Position numbers and translations under genes: made by a program | NCBI GenBank assembly: GCA_000165425.1 | Contig: CT868196.1 | Location: 62,001-126,000 of the forward strand | DNA from: Paramecium tetraurelia | Taxonomy: Eukaryota | Direction of reading: 5' to 3' | DNA length: 64,000 bases | The notes under the pieces: generated by a model | Told to the model about the DNA's origin: nothing | What the model saw: only the letters and a program-made list of their open reading frames with translations | Database searches by the model: none | In this document: positions 55,224-64,000 of the stretch, one piece after another | Numbering within the stretch: position 1 is the first letter of the stretch | Layout of the letters: each line of letters opens with the position of its first letter

Positions 55224-58200
55224 TCAAGCCCTAGCTAGTGACAATATATTAAATAATGTGTGAATATGTATCAATGTTAATTATTAGGTCAATGCTAACT
55301 ATTTTAGAAACCTCTTATATGATTCATCTCCTAATATAATCTATTAAGGCATCAAATATACTATATTTCTTAACTAAGCATATTATTTTATCAATCGTTA
55401 TTTAGCTATGAATAATAGGATATATAAGAAAATAATCAAATAGCAAATAAATATTACCGTAATTATGAGATTGAATTCATTTTATTCGGTGGTAATTTAT
55501 TTCAATCCTACCTAAAATTCATCTGAAATCCTAAAAAATGATCTAATAACTATTTAAGACCCTTCTAATTCATACAGATTTACTTCAGCTCTTTTAGTAA
55601 AATTATTAACAGCTTATTAACTTTTAATTTGACTTGACATAAAATTAAGAACTGATATTGAACCTGTTTTTAATAGGCCATCAAATGACTTTTCACAATA
55701 CAATGACATAAAATTGAGATAAATCTAGAAATAATAAAATAGAAATTACTTAATCTACAAATTCGCAGAGATCATGAGTTTACTAATATTCAAAAAAAGA
55801 AATAAATTAGTCAGATAATAAATATTTATTTGCTTAAAAGGAACTTGTAAAATCTAAATATTGCTAAATATTAATTTATGCTTTGTCAATTAGTAAATAT
55901 GCTCTATCTAAATCGTAAGCTGTTAAATAAGTAAAATTTTTAAATCGGAAAAGATGTTCTCTATACATATATAATGATCCACTTCTGAATTTTAAATTTT
56001 AGATCATAAAGTAAAAATCTGCAGTATCTTCATACTTACTTATATAATCATTTGTTTTTACTAAAATAGCAATTATATAAACTTAAAATATGCAAGCAAT
56101 AAATATCCAAATAATTAAGAAATTGGTTCTTGAAGATTTAATTTTTGAATTGCTTTCAACATTTTTCTTAGCATTTGATATTTTATTTAAAGATTCATAA
56201 TTGTTCATCAATTATTCTTAGCGTTGAAGATCAAACTAATATGAATATATAAATTCTTAATTTGAAGTCATTAATTTCTATATTTGATTAAGTTTGTCGA
56301 TTTCCATTTGTACTTTTTATTTTTCCACAAAATTTAATAACTACAAAAATCTATCATATAATTTATAATATTGATGAAACTAAACTAAAATAGTAAAGGC
56401 TATCATCAATGTTATAATAGAAAAACAAACACCTATTGAAGTCCACTTTTTTCCAACTTATCTACTTCTTGTCTTTGAGAATGATAGTATATCACTTGTT
56501 ATATTTTCAAGTTTATCTTGTATGTTATAGTAATTTGAAAATAAAAATACTTGAAAAGGTTATCCAGAGGAGCTTAATTTATTCTACAAAACTCTCATTT
56601 ATGCATATTGATATTATAAAATGATGAACAAACATTCTCTAAATGTTTTTATTTCAAAAACATAATTTTATGTATCATTATTTTTCATAAAGAATAACTG
56701 CATACTTTATCCATCTAGAAAACCTCTCAAATATTCATTATTTAGCTATTTATAGAAACTATCTCTTAGTTCATAATATCCATATCCTAAATTTTTTTCA
56801 TAGGGTGCTGTTAAGTTTGGCACTATAGAATTTGGAATAAAGCCCTCCCTTCCCATTTATTGATAGGCAGAAATAGTGTTTCGCATTGAAAAAAATAAGT
56901 CATGAGGTCCTTAGATACTTGCATGTAAAGCTATAATCTCAATGTCTGAAATGAATGTAAGAATATCATTATGAAGAATAGAGATTACTAATGAGAGACC
57001 GATAGTTTATATTAAGATAAAGATTACAATAGTACTAATAGATAATTTTAAAATTTAAGGTGTCTTTTCGTTTGTTAGCCTACCTAATAATTCATACTTC
57101 TTGATTACCTCACTATTACCGATTCCAAATTCATGGCTTTTTTAAACACTAGGAAATAGTTGATCTATTAATTAATTCCCTTTTAGACTGCAATCATTAG
57201 CCTCATTGCTTTAACTATATTGATTTTATTTTAAATTTGTGTGTAAAGTGTAATAGTCTTATTGTGACGTTTATTAAAGTAATTTATCCTTTTAATGAGA
57301 AATCAATTCACTGCAGCTTTTATTTGGGGAGAGGATCATTCCTAATTATTCTAAATTTTATTCTACATAATCTTTTTAAAGTTCCTGAACTCCATCTAAA
57401 TCAGTATTATTATTATTAGTTTAATTTTTTTCTATATATCCATCTCTACTTCCAACTGAAATTAAATTGATTAATTATGGTTAGGCTTCGTCTAAAGATA
57501 CATTTATTTGGCTTATTTACAAATTTGGTATTAATTCTGTTTTTTTCTTGTCATCAGTAAATCTTTCCTAAGTTTTGCAACTGTTCATGTATTCTAATCT
57601 CTAAAATGATTATTCTATTTATATAATGTAATAATAATATCCATACAGTTTATAAACTTAAATTGTAATGTTGGATAGGAAGTACTTTGTATAAATTTGT
57701 TTCCCCAAAAGTCTATTTAATACTAAAGACTGTTACTGTAAAGTTGCGCAGTTTTCATTCTAAAATTCATTAAGTAAAACTTCTAAGTCTATGAAATAAG
57801 TATCAATATTATTAAATTTAATTATCGGTAATTAATCTTCATTTTCAATAAAATCATTAAAACTTGGAATGATCTAAGATATCTTTAATTAATAAAATAT
57901 TGAAAAGTCACTTATACTATCAATTTATTAAGAATTGTATCCTAACATCTAGAAAAAAGCATTTGTTATTCCCCCTACTACTTAATTTACATCGACCAGT
58001 ATATAGGCTTATTCAATTACAATTTCTTGCAATAGTCCGACTAGGATTATTTTATCCTGGTTGGATGAAATAACATTATCGAAACTAAATTCTACTACTT
58101 TTGCCATATTCTTTCCTGTTTTAATAAATGTTTAACTAAATCGCTTAAAATACTTTGAATATCCTATTTTAAAAAACCTTGAAATAAGGAGAGGATGTTC

Positions 58201-60352
58201 TCTTAAAATGAACGGTAATAATAATTTTTCAAAAATTAACTCTTCATTTTAATGAAAATCAATCATTTAGAGCAAATTTGATGAATATTTTATTAATTCT
58301 GCTGTTTAAAGATCATCATCTATTTAGATTATAATATAGCTCATATCATTTGAATGAAAATTAATTTTGAGATCTTTATTCTTAATTGTTATTTAGTCTT
58401 CTGATAGAGTAGACTAACTATGCATTTTATAGGCCTCTAAGTAATTTTAAAAAACTTCAGCTTCATAAAAAATTTACAATGATTTTATTCTTTTGCTTTT
58501 TGTAATTTCATATTAGGACTATAATCCACTTTTTAATACAATCATTCTGCAGGTTAGATCCATCAATGATTTCATAAGATCAGAGATTTTCATTTCTTTT
58601 ATTTATAGAACTAAATTTTCAAAATATTTTAGTTTTATATTTACTATTTTCTTTATTTCTTTTATATATTCATCTAATTTCATTTCTTGTTACATAAAAT
58701 TTTATATTTTTTCAGATAGATAATGCATTTCTGGAGTTAACTATGATGTGCCAAACATATATCTTAAGTTTTATTTAATTTCATTTGAAAGGTACATTAT
58801 TTTCGATAATTAAACAAACTCCAATTTAATCTAATATTTAATCACTTACTGTTATGAACTTATTTTTTTGTTCCTCTATTTATTCTCAAGTTATTTATCG
58901 GGATCTATTTGAGTCGACGATTGAAAATCATTTCTTAAAGTTGCAGAAAAAGAATAAAGATTTTAAAGGCTCTAATTTAAGCTTTTAGTAGACGTTTTTT
59001 AATTCAATTTCCCGTACATTAATTAATTAAAGTGCTTTATCGATTAAATAGGCCATCCATTGTTCGCTAATAATGCTCCATATAGAATTATATAATATTA
59101 GAGTTAATTACTTGCAAAATTTTAACTAAAGATATATCTTCTTACCTATTTTAATTTTTAATTAACAAAATCTTTATCAATTTCATAAGTAAGTGCAGCA
59201 GCATCCCTTGAATCTATGTAATTGATTTATTGATTACAAATGCATTTTGCAATTCTACATCTTTTTTAATGATAATTATAAATGTAAAGCTTGTAAATTA
59301 GAGGTTGAAAATAATTATTTTACTTTTTTACTAAAATTTGAGTAATGGCAAATAAGTCAGTTTGTTACTTTGAAAATGCTAAGTTTTCCAATTTTATATT
59401 AATCTTAGCATCAATTTTTAGCATTATTTAAAGTAATAAAGGAAAGGAAAATAATGTGTAGATAAATACCTGAAATGATTGCATTTAAAGGATTAATTAG
59501 AGAAGTGAATAAAATACATAGAGTATGTTAAATGAATCAGAAAAGTAAATAATAAATTTTTTAGAGTTTTCTATGACTATTTAATTCTGTTGTAAATTGA
59601 GGGCATCCAATGAAGAGCTTAATAAAACAAGTAAATGAATAACCCAAGAAAAAATCTAAGATTTTTCCACAACTGAAAATAAAATAATAATAATTAAATT
59701 TAAAAATTAAATTATGTATTCTTTAACTGTTACTCTTAATCGATCAAAACATATAATCTTACCATCTATTGATTCTTCAGTTATTTATAAATGATATATT
59801 GCCTCCAATTATAATATCACAAAACATAAAATTCCAAATAATATATGAATGTAATTACGTTGGTTTACTTACAATTAATAAAATTAATAACTTAAAAATA
59901 AACAACATAATGTTGTAAATAAGATATGAAATAAAGTGTAATGTAATTAAATATAAATCCCAAGCATTTTATTTAGATAAATATATTTCGTTTTCTTTTT
60001 TCTCTTCCAATATTAATAATGCATAAACTAGTTTCTCTATAATGAGAATTCCTAAAATCAAATAAACAACAAAAGTATTAACAACTTCAAAAGTTTACAA
60101 AAACAAGTCAATCCTAAATATTACAAGTAAAACTTTGTTAAAAAAATATAAATTTTTTCCTTCCGTCCAATCGTAATCAAAGTATAGCAAAAAGTATATC
60201 AGCTAAAACCTACAAATAAATAGAAGTATTAGTTAGAATTTCGAATTCAATATTATACTTTTTTTAGAGTGCAATGTAATCGATATTGTTTTGTTTAATA
60301 TATCTGTTAGCCCTATATATTTCTTGTTTGATTTTTCAAACTCTTTTTTCAT
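55224..60352 (-). CDS. second large multi-pass membrane PAS-domain protein (possible frameshift near 55440-55500)
   Basis: ATG at 60352 (MKKEFEKSNK...), N-terminal TM bundle, PAS-like LLLPFILREHPLLISRFFKIG, and C-terminal RNIVYLMPQQIILGDESY. Same architecture as 47835-52850. Confidence 0.72.
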
Positions 60353-60622
60353 TATGATTTGATTTTTGATAATAAATATATTGATAAGTTAGTATTGAAT
60401 TTAGTGATAAACCAATATTTATTAATAAACCCTATATATAAAATATATAGTAAATTTAAATTGCTTAAAATAAAATATAATAAAAGGAGATAATATTAAT
60501 ATCATACTGATAATATTTCATTATCTATTGAGTACAATATTAGATAACTTTAAGAGATATACTGTTAGTTTAATATCTAAACAACAAATTAATTAAATTA
60601 ATTTATAATTGCAGACTTCATG
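57774..60622. repeat. copy 1 of a ~2.85-kb direct duplication
   Basis: Near-identical to 61152-64000 (offset about 3378). Confidence 0.97.
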
Positions 60623-61001
60623 GATGAATTTCATAATGAATTATATTATGTTGATATTTCAAAGTGATTCCCTGTATAGTTTTAAATAGGTAGGAAATAT
60701 AATTTTAATACAATCTTGTTAACTTGTATCAAATAGTGCGTTTTTTTTAATTATCATAAACCAAATAATTTGCTTATAATTTAGTCATACTTATAAGCGA
60801 TCTAAAATATATGCCCTTCAGTGATTTTATTTCATGACACCGATGATGAAAATTGTAAGAAATAATTTTTTAGTTTACAATTATATGTACTTACTTATAG
60901 TTCCTAATTAAAAATTTAAATATATTATCCGAGAGATGAAAAGAGAAAATATAGTATCGATAAAAATTCAAAAAATTGATTTTTAAAGAATCCAAATAAG
61001 T

Positions 61002-61151
61002 NNNNNNNNNNNNNNNNNNNNNNNNNNNNNNNNNNNNNNNNNNNNNNNNNNNNNNNNNNNNNNNNNNNNNNNNNNNNNNNNNNNNNNNNNNNNNNNNNNN
61101 NNNNNNNNNNNNNNNNNNNNNNNNNNNNNNNNNNNNNNNNNNNNNNNNNNN
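61002..61151. other. assembly gap (150 N)
   Basis: Run of n characters. Confidence 1.
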
Positions 61152-64000
61152 GTAAAACTTCTAAGTCTATGAAATAAGTATCAATATTATTAAGTTTGAT
61201 TATCGGTAATTAATCTTCATTTTCAATAAAATCATTAAAACTTGGAATGATCTAAGATATCTTTAATTAATAAAATATTGAAAAGTCACTTATACTATCA
61301 ATTTATTAAGAATTGTATCCTAACATCTAGAAAAAAGCATTTGTTATTCCCCCTACTACTTAATTTACATCGACCAGTATATAGGCTTATTCAATTACAA
61401 TTTCTTGCAATAGTCCGACTAGGATTATTTTATCCTGGTTGGATGAAATAACATTATCGAAACTAAATTCTACTACTTTTGCCATATTCTTTCCTGTTTT
61501 AATAAATGTTTAACTAAATCGCTTAAGATACTTTGAATATCCTATTTTAAAAGACCTTGAAATAAGGAGAGGATGTTCTCTTAAAATGAACGGTAATAAT
61601 AATTTTTCAAAAATTAACTCTTCATTTTAATGAAAATCAATCATTTAGAGCAAATTTGATGAATATTTTATTAATTCTGCTGTTTAAAGATCATCATCTA
61701 TTTAGATTATAATATAGCTCATATCATTTGAATGAAAATTAATTTTGAGATCTTTATTCTTAATTGTTATTTAGTCTTCTGATAGAGTAGACTAACTATG
61801 CATTTTATAGGCCTCTAAGTAATTTTAAAAAACTTCAGCTTCATAAAAAATTTACAATGATTTTATTCTTTTGCTTTTTGTAATTTCATATTAGGACTAT
61901 AATCCACTTTTTAATACAATCATTCTGCAGGTTAGATCCATCAATGATTTCATAAGATCAGAGATTTTCATTTCTTTTATTTATAGAACTAAATTTTCAA
62001 AATATTTTAGTTTTATATTTACTATTTTCTTTATTTCTTTTATATATTCATCTAATTTCATTTCTTGTTACATAAAATTTTATATTTTTTCAGATAGATA
62101 ATGCATTTCTGGAGTTAACTATGATGTGCCAAACATATATCTTAAGTTTTATTTAATTTCATTTGAAAGGTACATTATTTTCGATAATTAAACAAACTCC
62201 AATTTAATCTAATATTTAATCACTTACTGTTATGAACTTATTTTTTTGTTCCTCTATTTATTCTCAAGTTATTTATCGGGATCTATTTGAGTCGACGATT
62301 GAAAATCATTTCTTAAAGTTGCAGAAAAAGAATAAAGATTTTAAAGGCTCTAATTTAAGCTTTTAGTAGACGTTTTTTAATTCAATTTCCCGTACATTAA
62401 TTAATTAAAGTGCTTTATCGATTAAATAGGCCATCCATTGTTCGCTAATAATGCTCCATATAGAATTATATAATATTAGAGTTAATTACTTGCAAAATTT
62501 TAACTAAAGATATATCTTCTTACCTATTTTAATTTTTAATTAACAAAATCTTTATCAATTTCATAAGTAAGTGCAGCAGCATCCCTTGAATCTATGTAAT
62601 TGATTTATTGATTACAAATGCATTTTGCAATTCTACATCTTTTTTAATGATAATTATAAATGTAAAGCTTGTAAATTAGAGGTTGAAAATAATTATTTTA
62701 CTTTTTTACTAAAATTTGAGTAATGGCAAATAAGTCAGTTTGTTACTTTGAAAATGCTAAGTTTTCCAATTTTATATTAATCTTAGCATCAATTTTTAGC
62801 ATTATTTAAAGTAATAAAGGAAAGGAAAATAATGTGTAGATAAATACCTGAAATGATTGCATTTAAAGGATTAATTAGAGAAGTGAATAAAATACATAGA
62901 GTATGTTAAATGAATCAGAAAAGTAAATAATAAATTTTTTAGAGTTTTCTATGACTATTTAATTCTGTTGTAAATTGAGGGCATCCAATGAAGAGCTTAA
63001 TAAAACAAGTAAATGAATAACCCAAGAAAAAATCTAAGATTTTTCCACAACTGAAAATAAAATAATAATAATTAAATTTAAAAATTAAATTATGTATTCT
63101 TTAACTGTTACTCTTAATCGATCAAAACATATAATCTTACCATCTATTGATTCTTCAGTTATTTATAAATGATATATTGCCTCCAATTATAATATCACAA
63201 AACATAAAATTCCAAATAATATATTAATTTAATTACGTTGGTTTACTTACAATTAATAATTTTTATTACTTAAAAATAAACAACATAATTTTGTAAATAA
63301 TATATTATATTTATTTTAATTTTATTTTTTTTTATTCCCAATCATTTTATTTATATAAATATATTTCTTTTCTTTTTTCTCTTCCAATATTAATAATGCA
63401 TAATCTAGTTTCTCTATAATTATAATTCCTAATATCAAATTATCAACAAAATTCTTAACAACTTCAAACGTTTACAAAAACAAGTCAATCCTAAATATTA
63501 CAAGTAAAACTTTGTTAAAAAAATATAAATCTTTTCCTTCCGTCCAATCGTAATCAAAGTATAGCAAAAAGTATATCAGCTAAAACCTACAAATAAATAG
63601 AAGTATTAGTTAGAATTTCGAATTCAATATTATACTTTTTTTAGAGTGCAATGTAATCGATATTGTTTTGTTTAATATATCTGTTAGCCCTATATATTTC
63701 TTGTTTGATTTTTCAAACTCTTTTTTCATTATGATTTGATTTTTGATAATAAATATATTGATAAGTTAGTATTGAATTTAGTGATAAACCAATATTTATT
63801 AATAAACCCTATATATAAAATATATAGTAAATTTAAATTGCTTAAAATAAAATATAATAAAAGGAGATAATATTAATATCATACTGATAATATTTGCATT
63901 ATCTATTGAGTACAATATTAGATAACTTTAAGAGATATACTGTTAGTTTAATATCTAAACAACAAATTAATTAAATTAATTTATAATTGCAGACTTCATG
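61152..64000. repeat. copy 2 of a ~2.85-kb direct duplication, containing the 5' half of the PAS membrane gene (ATG at 63729, minus strand)
   Basis: Starts right at the gap edge with gtaaaacttctaagtctatg. It differs from copy 1 by a few A>G changes near its start and a T-biased cluster at about 63220-63470. Confidence 0.97.

Noticed and set aside
57774..64000. Duplication interpreted as LTRs or a transposon
   Set aside because: The repeated unit is the 5' half of a host PAS membrane gene plus its upstream region. There is no transposase or RT and no terminal repeat structure, and it abuts an assembly gap.

Overview
This is eukaryotic, very AT-rich, gene-dense DNA with the hallmarks of a Paramecium-type ciliate macronuclear chromosome. 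Genes read through only if TAA/TAG encode Gln and TGA is the sole stop (translation table 6), introns are tiny (about 20-30 nt, GT...AG), and many intergenic spacers are 20-120 bp. The supplied ORF track treats TAA/TAG as stops and therefore fragments nearly every gene, so I re-translated by hand. About 28 protein-coding genes can be supported. Housekeeping genes include UTP18, TRAPPC9/Trs120, APRT, RPS29, cytosolic aconitase, CCT5, a PI4-kinase, a large USP deubiquitinase, a MAPK, a MAK/ICK kinase and a dual-specificity phosphatase. Less ordinary genes include an intact bacterial-type S11 D-Ala-D-Ala carboxypeptidase, an intron-rich N-formylglutamate amidohydrolase, a DNase II with a ~95-aa acidic/NLS-like insertion, a secreted C39-like protein with a substituted catalytic triad, a PH-pseudokinase, a possible tandem Sm-like protein, two small HTH proteins and two large PAS-domain membrane proteins. 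Two neighbouring genes carry apparent frameshifts. The last 2.85 kb, after a 150-N gap, duplicates 57774-60622 and is most likely an assembly artefact. I found no rRNA, tRNA, CRISPR array, telomeric repeat or intact mobile element, and no multi-gene novel system that I can support. Coordinates are hand-derived and internal exon boundaries were not all checked.
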